The notes under the pieces are model-generated. The model saw only the letters and a list, made by a program, of their open reading frames with translations. It did not search any database and was not told where the DNA came from. A stretch of DNA of 64,000 nucleotides from assembly GCF_001194135.2 (NCBI RefSeq), contig NC_068981.1, positions 26,951,732 to 27,015,731 on the forward strand, given 5' to 3'. Positions 1 to 12,430 of this stretch are shown here, in pieces (positions within the stretch are counted from its first letter, which is position 1; every line of letters starts with the position of its first letter). The position numbers and the translations under genes were made by a program. Origin of the DNA: Octopus bimaculoides. Its lineage: Eukaryota.

Positions 1-899
1 CATTGCACGGAAATATTGTTTTGAAATATATCACACACATAAGAGAAGAACTATGATTACCTATAAAGATGATTGTACTAACTAAAATATATATTTACTA
101 TATCAAAATTTAAATTGTCTTCATAATCAAATGTACGATGTTAGCATTAAAAATAACGACTAGATTTCATTGTTGTTGCATAGTTCCTAAGCAATCCTAT
201 GGGGCACAGACAGTTGGCAAAACGACGGAGCAGAACACACGGATCCATTTTCAGCATTGTACTCTTTCTCCACTGCACACTTTGGCATGCAGTGAGGAAA
301 ATCATATGGTGCAAATTGACAGTCCGAATTCCGACTAATCTACTCCAGTATGCCTGTACAACCTGCAGATGTCTTCAGCGAAGTGGAGTGAATTAGCGTT
401 CCTCAGAGTGCCACTGTTACTATTCCTCTGCATCTACTTTTGATGGTTTGCAACCCACAGCAATATGTGTGACCAGTAGCGTCTTTGGTTATCCAGTGAC
501 TTTTGCTGTATGTCAAGCAACCGCAAAGAGATTTCTTCGCTATCTCTTGTGAAATCTAATGATTTGGAAAGTTTTAAAGGTTTCAGTATAGTACGATATT
601 AATTTAAGTGTTATACATATTATACGCATGTTGTTAACCATGTATTTTGCAAACGGGATACTCCGAATATTTAGATTCGAAAAATAACGATGGGAACACT
701 TATGTAGCGAGACTTGTAAAAAAAACAGCATGACACAATGTTACTTTGTAATGCAGACTCAACATTAAAATACAAATACAAACCAGTCAGACACAAATGA
801 ACCAGAAATTGTAAAAGCGTTGTTTGCTTCCCGACTAAAACTCTTTGGTAATATCACGGAATTAATTTACAAATCCGCAAACGCAAAGCGTACAATAAT

Positions 900-3600
900 C
901 AGGCGTCCAAAAAATCATTACAGAAAAAAATGCAGAAAGGCAATTGAATAACGTTAGCTGCACAGAAAAATATATTAAAAGAACTACTAAAGTAGAGTAA
1001 TATTTCACTGTTCATACGCACACAATAGAGCATAACAGAATATAAAGGCACCACGACATACTTTACATCCCAAAGAGATGAAGTAACAGTAAACAAGGAA
1101 CGGACAACTGCAGATCTAACCTTACCAAGTGATAATGATAGAAAAGAAACGTGTCATCGGAATTCAATAGATGCTGAGAATTAAAAAAAATGCGATAAAC
1201 GAAGCTAAATATAATTTTGAAGAGATAAAAATTATAGAAACCAAAGGCGAACCAAGAAGATTCCACGCAACTTAAAAAGAGTTCTAACCAAATAATGGCA
1301 AAGCACATAAATGAAATAGATACAATAACCTCAAAAAATAATGATACACACACTGTGTGCAGTATCTAGCGCAGTGTGTTTCAAAATGAGATAGCTATAA
1401 AAAAATAAAACAGATCTATTATTCAACAAGAGATAATTCGCAAAAGAAAAGGTATAACTCGAATAAGCGAGACTCAAAACTGGAAAAAACACAAATACAA
1501 TAAACACAGCAAATTGACATAGAACATTTAACACTCATGAAGGAAGTAGTATTGAATAATAAAAAAATATATTAATAATGAAAAATATTATTTCAAGGGC
1601 TAAAAGTTAAAAGGTGAAAAATACAGATTTGGAAAGTAAATCAAACAATTCATTGAAATGAAATGCTTAAATAAGATAAAGTTTTACAAGAAATGAAGTA
1701 ACTAATGAATACAACTAGAGGATCCACTAAAAGCAAAACTAGAAACCCTTTAACGCAATAATATGAGAAGTAGAAAAGCCTCATGTAATAGAACAAAATG
1801 TGTTAATCATATTGCACAACTCCTATAGAAAGATATCACTGTGCAAAGCATCAGGTCTCTATCCCAAGTACCAGATCCTCTGACTGAGGCAAGGAATTCT
1901 AGCATCAATATCCACAGGAACAGATGAACCTGTAAACTGCTCACAAATCAGGTGTTTCTGCCCCTTAAAAGCCTTCAATATCAGCACTTATTCAGGTGAT
2001 GTATCAATAATTTAACAGGATTAATCTTCTACATAAAGAAAGAAGCGTTTTAGAATGGACTCAAATAAACCGTAAAGTGAAGCAACTGCTAAGCAGGCAG
2101 TAGTAAATCTCATACAGAAAGCGAGCTTATATATAGGGCTTGGAAAAAAGGCATAGAAAGTTGAAATACTTTCGTGGATCTTTGAGTTAATGACAATGTA
2201 TGAATTATAACAGTGAGTGCGATTCATAAACTGCAGCATAGCAGTATGGAAAATAAACGTTACTTTAAAATTCAACGTGTTACAGTTTTGGCACAGTTCA
2301 TATCAAGGATATTTGTTTACATTTTATCTGTCTGGTCTGGTTTTTACCACCATTAAATTTGGCTCTAAACTATAGAAAAGGGGGTTAAAGATAATCGGAG
2401 ATCTATATGTTATTAAGTTATGCATGAAGCCTAGAAAATTCGCAAGTCATTGTTAAGAACACATGAGATGATATCTGGAAATAAACGAATGTGAATACTA
2501 CCCAATGCGGTCAAATGGAATATGCAAAAGATATGAAAATTTGACGTACGACAAAGTATATCTCTGGCAATATTTCGACTTTATCACTCGAAAGCCGACA
2601 ACATTAAATGTACTTTTTAAGGATAATGGAGGAACTAGTAGTTTTGTGAAACTTTAGATGATTTAGAAACAGTGATTATTGTCAACGTAAATAGAGTAGG
2701 ATGTACAACAATCTTAAGTAGTTAGAGATGGCTAAAATGAAATGGTTTCACACAAAGTAGTACAGAATTATTTAGCAGCAAGAGGAACTGCATCCATACG
2801 GAATCCTCAAGGACTGGAAACACGCTTAGAACTAAATGCGTATATAGAGCAGAAAGAACAGATACAAAACACCGGTTAATTAATTAAAGATATAATTGCA
2901 ATAAATATTAAGCTATGAATTGAGTACAGTGCGAGATGTGAAACACTGCCAAGGATAATTTTCCAAGATGAATTCAAAACATGTGTTCAATAAACGCCAA
3001 ATGAAATGAAAGATTGAAAGCTGTATTATTGGTTCAAGAACTAAATCTACCAAGTGCATATTACCAGAGTTATATACAGTTTTATAATATCCAACTGAAG
3101 GTTGCATGAATGGCAGCGTTGGGGATACTAGTTGAAGGCACCCAGTGAATGTGCCAGAATATATTAACAGCCAAATAGGGTTATCTACATTTAGTGGAAG
3201 AAATATAAAGAAATAAAGTATTACACTAGTGGTAAGAATTAGGAAGGAATACATTGTATATCATTATGAAACAAGAAGTTCATGATATTATACAATTTTT
3301 CTCGTAGATTGTCCAAATGTAAACATTATGCAGTAAATGATGTTGAAAAATTCTCCAGCAATGAAATGAGAGATTGACATGCGAGAATCTGTGGTGCGGC
3401 CATAAAAATCGTCCCAGTCATGTTAATAGCATTTGCATTTTTGACGAAGGATTTGGGAAACATGGAAAACTGTCAAGAAAGTCATTCATAAGAAACGTTC
3501 TCATGATAATTTCCCAAAGAAAACCGATATTCTGAGTATAATACTACGAATAAAATGAAACAAAATCTAAAACAAAATACAAATAATTATAACCTAATTT
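900..3600 (+). mobile_element. Heavily decayed L1/Tx1-like non-LTR retrotransposon ORF2 relic
   Basis: A-rich sense strand. Frameshifted motif remnants occur in RT order: WIFELMTMY (~2175), KRYFKIQR (~2255), EIYMLLSYA* (2398-2427, YADD-like), KYISG (~2553), then a C-terminal LWCGH...IWETWKTVKKVI (~3385-3490). Many stops. Confidence 0.45.
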
Positions 3601-4195
3601 ACTTTCCTTTGGTGTCATAGAATATCTCTAGTGAAACAGAATAGACATAATGATATTCTATTTGATCAGACATATAATAATGTGTTTCAAAAACGTTAGA
3701 ATAGTTAATATAATCCACATTAATATTATACCGATGCTTACTTTATCAAGTCTATTAAAATGCCTATGTAAAGATCCTGTTTGCTTTATTATAGGCCCAT
3801 ATAGCCTCGTAAATTGGATGAATTCATCTGTATGGAAATAAAGATTTGGTAAGGATTTGAACCCAGGATTCGGATAGACATAACTCAATATCATTTAATT
3901 ACAACAATACACATCTCTCTACAATACTAATAAAGAGCAAAAAACAGTAGCAGGAATAGCAACAACTACAATAACAAAAAAGTGACACAACAGATACATT
4001 GTAAAGAAAATAAAGAAACTGGCATAAAACACATAAAATTGCTAGATATTGCAAAGAAATGTACGTGAAAGGAAATAGAACTTTTATCATTTAATTAATG
4101 TTGTAGACTATAGAAAGAAGGTAACGGGGTGAAAAGAAAAAAAAATCACATTTCAAATGTCCCTTCACTCATATGATAAATCATCGAAATATTGA

Positions 4196-4325
4196 CGATA
4201 ATGATATAAATAATGAGCTGATGATGATGATGGAAGTGATCATGATGACGATGGTGATCATGATCATGATCATGAGGATGATGATGATGACGATGAATGC
4301 AATAAACATATGTGTAACCACAGAT

Positions 4326-4363
<38 letters not shown>

Positions 4364-4364
4364 T

Positions 4365-4403
<39 letters not shown>

Positions 4404-4560
4404 ATGGTGGTAGTGGTAGTGGTAGTGGTAGTGGTAGTAGCAGCAGCAACAGCCGAAGCAGCAGAAACAGCAGTATTGGTGGTAATAGCAGTAAGAGTAG
4501 GAAAAGGAAAACAAAACAAAATAAAATTGCAGTAGAAGTAGGAATGGTGATGATGTTTGT
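4196..4560. repeat. Compound trinucleotide microsatellite (GAT/ATT/GTA/GTG/GCA)
   Basis: Directly visible. It explains the poly-M/L/V/T/N ORFs at 4173-4630. Confidence 0.97.
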
Positions 4561-4914
4561 GGTGGTAAAAAGATTGTAGATGAGATATAATAACAAAAAT
4601 AGTCATGGAGAAAAAAGAATAATCATTCAATTAGCGTTGATAAAATAACAACAAAAAAACAGCAAATAAACATGGCTGCCACATTAGTGAAACATTTGAA
4701 ACAAAGATGTATATATCCTATTTAAGAAACAACGGGCATCTTTAATACAGCAACAGGAACGCATAATCGTCGATATTAAAAAAAGGTTTAGACTTTTATA
4801 TGTGAATATTTACTCCCAAGCTTATGTATAATTATATTCACATACTTAGGTAGGTACAGGCATACGCATAGGCGGAGATATATACTGTTAATATACAACA
4901 TGTTTAGTGAGCAT

Positions 4915-5045
4915 GACTATATACATACACAAACACGCGCATACACAGAAACACACACACACACATACATACATACATACATACATACATACATACATAC
5001 TTACATACATACATACATACATACATATGTATATATGTATATATA
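4915..5045. repeat. (CA)n/(TACA)n microsatellite
   Basis: Directly visible. Confidence 0.97.
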
Positions 5046-5057
5046 AGGGCGAATTCA

Positions 5058-5230
5058 CAAAAGAACAAAAGACGAAGACAGATGGTGTAGACAACAAACA
5101 TATGTATTAGTTTAACGCTCGGGAAGTGAAAAAGTCTTTAACGTTTCGAGCCTACGTTCTTCCACAGAAAAGAACACAGAAAGAAACAAGGAGAGAAAAT
5201 AAAGAATGTGTAGTGCCTAGCGATCTATCA
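5058..5230 (-). mobile_element. Penelope-like element terminal-repeat remnant, copy 1, with hammerhead-like core
   Basis: Shares aacaaaagacgaa..acag..ggtgta and tttcgagcctacg.tcttc.acagaaa with copy 2. The minus strand reads CTGTGGA-a-gaacgtaggctc-GAAA-cg-TT. Confidence 0.55.
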
Positions 5231-5247
5231 TGGCGAATGACAGAATG

Positions 5248-5278
<31 letters not shown>

Positions 5279-5284
5279 AAACTT

Positions 5285-5446
5285 AAAGAAAAACAAAAGA
5301 CGAACACAGGTGTAAGAACAAGTTTGACGCTTGGGAAAGTGAAAAGCTCTTTTATGTTTCGAGCCTACGCTCTTCAACAGAAAGGAATAACAGAAAATAA
5401 TAAACAGAGAGAGAATGAAAAACAGCTTGTAGATTTCAGACGTCCA

Positions 5447-5450
<4 letters not shown>
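5285..5450 (-). mobile_element. Penelope-like element terminal-repeat remnant, copy 2, with hammerhead-like core
   Basis: Tandem diverged copy separated from copy 1 by (TA)n. The minus strand reads ccttt-CTGTTGA-a-gagc-gtag-gctc-GAAA-ca-TA-aaag. Confidence 0.55.
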
Positions 5451-5480
<30 letters not shown>

Positions 5481-5841
5481 CTTAGGTATTGCTAGGAGAA
5501 AAACGTGGTGTAGAATTCAACATACTTATATTTCAGAACAAATTGTTAAATGAGTATAGAACTATAACAACAAAAAGAGTTGCCACAGAAAAACAACGGT
5601 TATGTTAAGAAATTTATTAGCCTATAGCTGTTTCTACTATTCAATGCAGTGGACATTTAAATGAATGTCTGTATAACATCCTATACATTCATCGGAGCTA
5701 CGACTACAATGCGGAATTTATTTGTGAAAAAAGAATTACATTTTTTTCTGAATATACAGGGAACCTATTACTAGTAAGAAAGCCATTTCTGATGTACATA
5801 GGAAAGCGTATGCACCTTTGTTTCACATGTGTCATCATATT

Positions 5842-5911
<70 letters not shown>

Positions 5912-5989
5912 ATGCATCAATGGCAGACTTTACAAAGGTGACTCTAGAACCAAGACTTAAATGTTACATATGGAAATCTTGAGCTTTGA

Positions 5990-6475
5990 CTCATCATTTA
6001 AATACAGTAGTAGTTGAGTAACATTCTTTAGGCCGCAATTTACTCACACGCACCATCTTTCAGAGCTTGTAGCTTATTCAGTTCTTAACCAAATTGAAAA
6101 CACTGTTAATATGTTGGAAGAGGGCTGGTCCCTAGATAAATTTGGGAGTAAGAAATTTGAGATTTGGTCCAGTGGAAAAAAGTTTACATCAAAATCTGTA
6201 GCAATGTTATAGGAGAGTAGGTAGCCCCAATATTCAAGTTTAAATATAAATAACTTCTTTATTTTGAAAGCAAAATATATTTATCTTAGCTGTAATGATA
6301 GACAAAAGATTTGAGGTAAAATATTACGAAAAAAGATAAGGCAAAAAATTGGATTTATGTATAATTAACATTTTTATTTAATTTTAAAAACAAACTATAT
6401 TTTAGTTAAGCTTAAATAATAGAGCTCAGTTCCAGGAATTTCATGGTATCAATCTCATGCAATGAAGTTTAAAAA
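5990..6475 (+). repeat. Local segmental duplicate, copy 1 (partner 16055-16595)
   Basis: Two conserved blocks (6005-6215 and 6330-6470) align in order and orientation to 16070-16280 and 16455-16590. Confidence 0.9.
6032..6216 (+). CDS. Candidate coding exon of unknown product (paralogue A): PQFTHTHHLSELVAYSVLNQIENTVNMLEEGWSLDKFGSKKFEIWSSGKKFTSKSVAML*
   Basis: Acceptor-like ttctttag at 6024-6031, 59 open codons (6033-6209), TAG at 6210-6212, donor-like GTAGGT at 6217. Frame, length and stop are all preserved in the copy at 16096. Confidence 0.4.
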
Positions 6476-8994
6476 ATAGGCATTGTGTCAAGACTAAAAT
6501 TGTGAAGACTTGCCAATAACTCAGGCAATAACTATTCTATTTTTAGTACTAACAGATTATATACTACTATTGTCTTTTATACCATATTTTCAAATTTCTG
6601 ATTATTAATTAACAATTCAAAAATTGAATGTTTTTTTAATGTTTTTTAAAAATAACTCAACATATATTTTGCACTTCAAAAAACATTCGAGTTATTTTTA
6701 ATTTTTAATAGAAATAACAAGTAATAACAAGTAGAAATATTAACTTGTGATAAAATCTTTACTTTTAATGAAAGCTAATATTTTCTAAATCTAAATATTT
6801 TATTTGGAATTTTATCCTTAGCTGCAATAATTTATGTAGAACTTTTCTTGTTCTGTACTTTACCAGATGTAATAAGTTGTTCTGAACTTTTCCTAGTGTA
6901 ATATCTTGTCCTGTAAATTCCCATGTTTATCATCTTAAGAATATTATTTCTGTTGCTCTCATTTTTCCATATAACATAATATTCTAAATATTTTCAGCTT
7001 TAAATACTCATGCGTTCAGCTTTATTCTTCTGATAACAACGGACATACTCACGCATATGAGCGTGTTTATATGAAGAAGACCAGCAAGTACAAATACAAA
7101 TGTGTTGTTTATACGTAAATACTAGTAATTATCCACTTTAGTTGAAAATAGCTTTTTGAAATATATATAAACGCAGTATATCTACAGATATGCATTTTAG
7201 TTAATGTGAACAGACATTTTAGCACATAATGTTGTTTCCATATATTCACACATATCAATAAATTTTTATCATGAAATTAGCTACTAGTGAGTGTCTTTTC
7301 TGTTGTACCGATTTTAGGTTACTTTGATTAGAAATGAAAACGATTTTATCTTGCTTATAATTTATTCTTAATCCTTAAAAGTGAGCCATGCCATATCCTG
7401 TACTAAGCTGTTATTCTGAGCTACGAAGAAATTGAATCACTGAGGTTAATCTAGAGTTGATAGCTATTGTTTATTCATATTTTACCTACAATATTTGTTT
7501 TCTTTAACATGTGTATGAGATGATCGAAAAAATCATTTAAGGAAGCTTCATGCCCTCAACTCATCGTATCCTATCATTGAATATGAGCTCCACCTCTAAG
7601 TTTAATATATGTACCAAATAGTTATATCTTAAATAATATTATTCTATTGTTTCAATATAATGACCCTGTGCATACATTTAATCAACAAATACTTCAGCTA
7701 ACAACATTCGTGTTCTTGCTTTACAAGAAAGTTCGGTCTGCTGCATAGCAAAATATGTTTCTCTGTCATATACATTTTATGAACATATTTCAGTTTAATT
7801 AGATCTCATATTCTTGTTGCAGAATATACTGAGTTCGTCGTTTGTAATAGAACATATTGAATATCCCGGATATTCAGCTTCATGAAAGAATTGGTTAGAA
7901 CTTCACATACAGAACGTGAAATATTTCCTAAACAATAATTACCACTTGAAAATATTCTTGATCTATTGATGAACAATATCATGTTATTCTCTGTATTTTA
8001 CTGGCACACTCATAGTAGGAAGATGGAGACGATCGGACATCATTATAAAAGAAAAAAAATGTTCCTTTGCTTGGTAACTAAAAGAGACATAATTAAAAAT
8101 ATCGATGTAGCCAATCTAATAAATCTTAGCACTTTCAAAATATTCATCCATTTGTAAGTTAAATATTATTACAGAGTCAAAAACTTGAAACTCCTAATTA
8201 TTAAAACACCACAATCCGCAACGTTGATTACAGCAAGCGCACACTACTGAATGATTCAGTTCAAAAAGAATCCTTTATCATTTAGCTTGCGCAGCAATTG
8301 CCGAAATGTTAGAAAGATAGACCTGAAGAAAACGAATTTGTGCATTATCAATAGGTGTCTTTTTTTCTGCTTCATACTGTCATGAATTTGATTACATTCA
8401 TGACGCGTGTCTAAGAAACAACAGATTAAAAAAAAAATTCATGATTTATTAGCCATACTTTGAAAATACAAAAACAATGCTGATTAGTTATTGATATTAT
8501 TACGGTTTGAAAGAGTGTTTCTCTATATTAGTTTTCCCATATAGGTTACTTGAACTTCTATATTCCTGTTTGGCTATATCTGAAGAGTAACATTTTTTTA
8601 CAGTGACTGCTATATACCTTATTTTGTTTAAGAAGGTAATAGACATTTTTGTACCTGTTAGATTTTGAACATCAAGATTTCGTCTTTACTATTTTTACCC
8701 TTTTAACCTTAAGTTTTATTTTTTGGAGATACTTCTATTAGTCCAAAATAATATCGTGTAATGCTTTTAATTTGCTATTTACTTTCACCCATTGATTTTC
8801 ATTCTCATGATCTGTAGTTTTAGAAATTCTTGTTCTTAACGCTTTCACATATACATATTTATTTATAGTTTTTTGCTTTTCTTATTCTAGTTCGTTTTAT
8901 GTCCGTCAGTAATACACACCTATTTTTTTCTGTATCGTTTGTTGCGAGTTGTGATGTCTATGTTCAATGTTTCAATCTTTGCCTATTTTTCCAA

Positions 8995-9202
8995 AGGCGG
9001 CGAGCTGGCAGAAACGTTAGCACGCCGGGCTTACCGGTATTTGGTCCGTCTCTACGTTCTGATTTCAAATTCTGCCGAGGTCGACTTCGTCTTTCATCCT
9101 TTCGGGGTCGATAAATTAATTACCAGTTGCGTACTGGGTCGATGTAATCGACTTTCCCCCTCCCCCAAAATTTCGGGTCTTGTGCTTAGAGAAGAAAATA
9201 AT
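8995..9202 (+). mobile_element. tRNA-headed SINE family A (ggcgagctggcagaaacgttagcacgccggg...)
   Basis: A-box-like and B-box-like (gatttcaaattc) motifs. Near-identical body recurs more than ten times in the window. Confidence 0.9.
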
Positions 9203-10736
9203 CTTTGCTTATGTTTCCGTTACATATTTTTTATTGGTTATTCTTTCTACTATATGTGCGCGCGCACATTCACACATAATTATCTTATTGATTCTGCACT
9301 GATTTGTGCGTTCGGATCGCGACACGTCACGCCTGCGTATCTGTGTTTTACAGAGCATGACAAAATGCATTTAACATATAAGAATTGGCTGATGAAGATG
9401 ACTTGAATATATCCAAGTTGGAATGTCCGAAGCAACGTATCAGTGATAAATAAAGTAGAAAAAACAATTATTTGCTTATATAAACTGTTTCCATAAAAAC
9501 TGCGTTGCTTTTACCGAGACAGATGTTCACACCATACACCAGATAATGCACCATTTATCTATAAGCAAAACTTTTTTTTTTATAATAGATGAAAATTCCA
9601 TGGTTTAGTACATGAAATTTGTGCTGCTGGTACTTGATCGAGTGGTGTTTTCAGAATTGAGACTCCATTTAAAATAAACGCAACTTTATTTGATAGATAT
9701 TTTCATCCCTTACTACTTGTTATATCACTTGGTACAAAAATTTCCCTCCTTTTATTCAAAGAATACGGACTTCTACAAAAATTCCCCGAAGAGAAAACTA
9801 GCCGCAATTAGGTATGTTATTGCTTGAGTTTCTGAAGACTCAAGCAGAAAGTTACACTTCCAAATCTGTGGCCATCAAAATTCTAATTCAGACTTTTATC
9901 CTCCCATTTATATCATTTGATTGCTTTTACAAGTGTATTAACTAATATCTACTAAATTATATCAACACACTTCTCTTTATCCTTGACGTTTAGGTATATT
10001 GATTTCTCAATTCAGGACTGTACTATACTTTTCTTTATGAGGGTATATAGTCGATTTTAGCCAACTCAGTATTTCACTACTATTTATTCCAGTTTATTCA
10101 ATGGAATACACCAACATTTTTGAAAATATGTCGGCTATTTTGCTAACGAATGAAATTGCGTCTTGAAATCTATTGAGTTAGAGTTACCAGTTCCTTTTTT
10201 TATTTCGACATATTCTTTGAAAGTGAAATCTATATATAAAATAAAATTACAAAAATATAACTTCCGTTTTGCAATATCGGAAATATAATTTATACGCACA
10301 TACATATACACATATACATATATACACACAAATGTATCGAATGAAAAAAAAAATTATGTATAAAATACAGAAAAAAATGAGAGAATCAGCTTGTTGCAAT
10401 TCATTTCATTTATGCTTTATAATAGTTTTGAAAAGGAAAAAAAAGGAAAAAAAAATAGCCAGAACAAAATGAAGATTGGCAGAAGATAAATAAGGGGGAA
10501 AAGAAAATATAAAGAGAAAATACACAATCATAAGAAAACGTTTTAGTTATAAATTCAATTCTCTCTAGCAAATGGTTACTGGTTTATTTCACCAAGGATT
10601 GATAATTAAGCGATATCTTGCAGAGGCATTGATATTGCCAGCGCGATAGATTAATCCAAATATCTATTTTTTTTCTCATGTTAAACGGGCAAACTTCACG
10701 TGATAGCACCTCTTTTATATTTTTTAGATATATATA

Positions 10737-11160
10737 TTTATTTTTGTATTTTTATTTCGCAATTTTTAAGCATTTGATGTCGGGCAGATGGTTTTGTTGA
10801 TTTTTTTTGTTGTATTTTTGTTAGTATTAATGTAGTTGATATACTTGATGTTGTTGCCGTTGTTGTTTTACTGTTACTTTCAATAAAATGTTTTGTGTTT
10901 TCTTTTGGCACGACATCTAATTTCCTACTGAAAACGTTGCAGATTGTTTTGACATGTCCCACGGTGTGACGTGTTGGAAATGATCACACCCGTCTTCAAA
11001 TGATGCTGCTGTCATGAATATAAGAATTGAGAGTGACGGTAGATTGCCACTCGGAAGACACGTCTTTCTGACCACTGCTTCGCCGTCAGCCTTATCAGTA
11101 TCCTCATTGCTTTTGGCTTTCGTCTTACAAGTTGTCATTCTCAACATCGGTGACATGATG
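10737..11160 (-). CDS. Candidate terminal exon on the minus strand, product unknown
   Basis: The long (TTC)n tract ends in ttcag directly before 11160. Unique, GC-richer sequence follows. Phase-0 frame is HHVTDVENDNL* (stop 11125-11127); an alternative frame is open to 10917. AATAAA-type signals lie near 10737-10756. No protein recognised. Confidence 0.3.
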
Positions 11161-11243
11161 CTGAAGAAGAAGAATAAGAAGGAGAAGAGGGAGGGGCAGG
11201 ATAAGGAGGAGGGGCAGGAGAAGAAGAAGAAGAAGAAGAAGAA

Positions 11244-11275
<32 letters not shown>

Positions 11276-11415
11276 CGAAAAAGAAGAAGAAGAAGAAGAA
11301 GAAAAAGAAGAAGAAGAAGAAGAAAAAGAAGAAGAAGACGAAAAAGAAGAAGAAGAAGAAGAAGAAGAAGAAGAAGAAGAAGAAGAAGAAGAAGAAGAAG
11401 AAGAAGAAGAAGAAG
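11161..11415. repeat. ~250-bp (GAA)n polypurine tract
   Basis: Directly visible. It produces the poly-K/poly-F ORFs. Confidence 0.98.
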
Positions 11416-11964
11416 GGAAAGAAGTTCAAAACATCATAAGACTAATGATTGTAATTATCAACATCACTATCATAGTCATTACAGGGAATATATACATGTT
11501 CAATATTATTATTGTGATCTTCCTTTTGCAGAAGAAATAAATTCAACTACATAAATACTCATTCGTACGTAGGCAAAAAAGTATTCGTAATAGTATATGG
11601 GCAATACGCATATTTAGGAATGCATACATGTATGTATAAAATCGGTAAGTGTTCACACGATTGGCGCCGGAAGAATGAAATTCAACGTTACGTTCAGCGG
11701 GATCGAAACAAAGTAAATATACTTTACAGAAATTTTGATAAATTTTGCTGGATCTTTTAATCTCGGTGCCATTTAATGATACATTTCAGAACGTTGCATG
11801 CGTAAAGTCGTTACAGTTATCTGACTGGCATTAATGCGTGAAACAGTGGTGTGAGTTTTGAAGACTTCGGTCTATTGTCAAACGTATTAAATATGGGTTT
11901 ATTAGCAAAAGCCAAATATGATAACTATCGTAATAATATTAATAATAATACAAATAAAAGTGCT

Positions 11965-12160
11965 CTAATTTAAGGACAAATGGCAGTAATTTTGATGTGA
12001 GGGCCGAGTCAATAGCCAAGAAACCAGTATGTCGCAGGTACTTTATTTTGCCGGCTCTGAAAGTATGAAAAAGCAAAGCTGTATTCACCTAGATTTGAAC
12101 ACAAAATGCAAAGAACTGCATGATACTTTTCTCGATTCTCTAATGATTCAATCAGAAGTT
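11965..12160 (-). mobile_element. SINE family A, decayed
   Basis: Degenerate match to the reverse complement of family A (ggtactttattt..gaaagtatgaaa..gatttgaac). Confidence 0.6.
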
Positions 12161-12255
12161 CGTCTTTTTTAATTTTAATTTTATTTATTTATCTATTTAT
12201 TTTTTTGAAAAGAAGTAATTTCTTATGATTTCGCCACAAAGCCAGTAAATCTTAC

Positions 12256-12430
12256 AGCAAGTTGGCTGAAGCATTAGCACACCAGGCGAAATGCTTAGCG
12301 AGGTCGACTTTGCCTTTCATCCTTTCAGAATCGATAAATTAAGCACCAGTTGCGTACTGGGGTCGATCTAATCGACTGGACCCTTTCCCAAAAATTTTGG
12401 GCCTTGTGCCTAGGGTAGAAAATGATATTA
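12256..12430 (+). mobile_element. SINE family A, internally deleted
   Basis: gaggtcgactttgcctttcatcc...gggccttgtgcctagggtagaaa. Confidence 0.88.

Noticed and set aside
160-560. GC-richer unique segment with several 50-65-codon frames
   Set aside because: No frame gives a recognisable protein or a convincing pair of splice sites. It may be the 5' part of the adjacent decayed LINE.
4173-4630. 100-150-aa ORFs on both strands
   Set aside because: Translations of trinucleotide microsatellites. The same applies to ORFs at 10917-11439, 29317-29683, 31404-31791, 34600-35046, 48008-49536, 51328-51573, 56267-57513 and 62196-62574.
6047-6196. Minus-strand exon reading of the duplicated block (tacag|...|gtgagt conserved in both copies)
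   Set aside because: All three minus frames contain stops in both copies. It could only be a non-coding exon, so the plus-strand frame is preferred.
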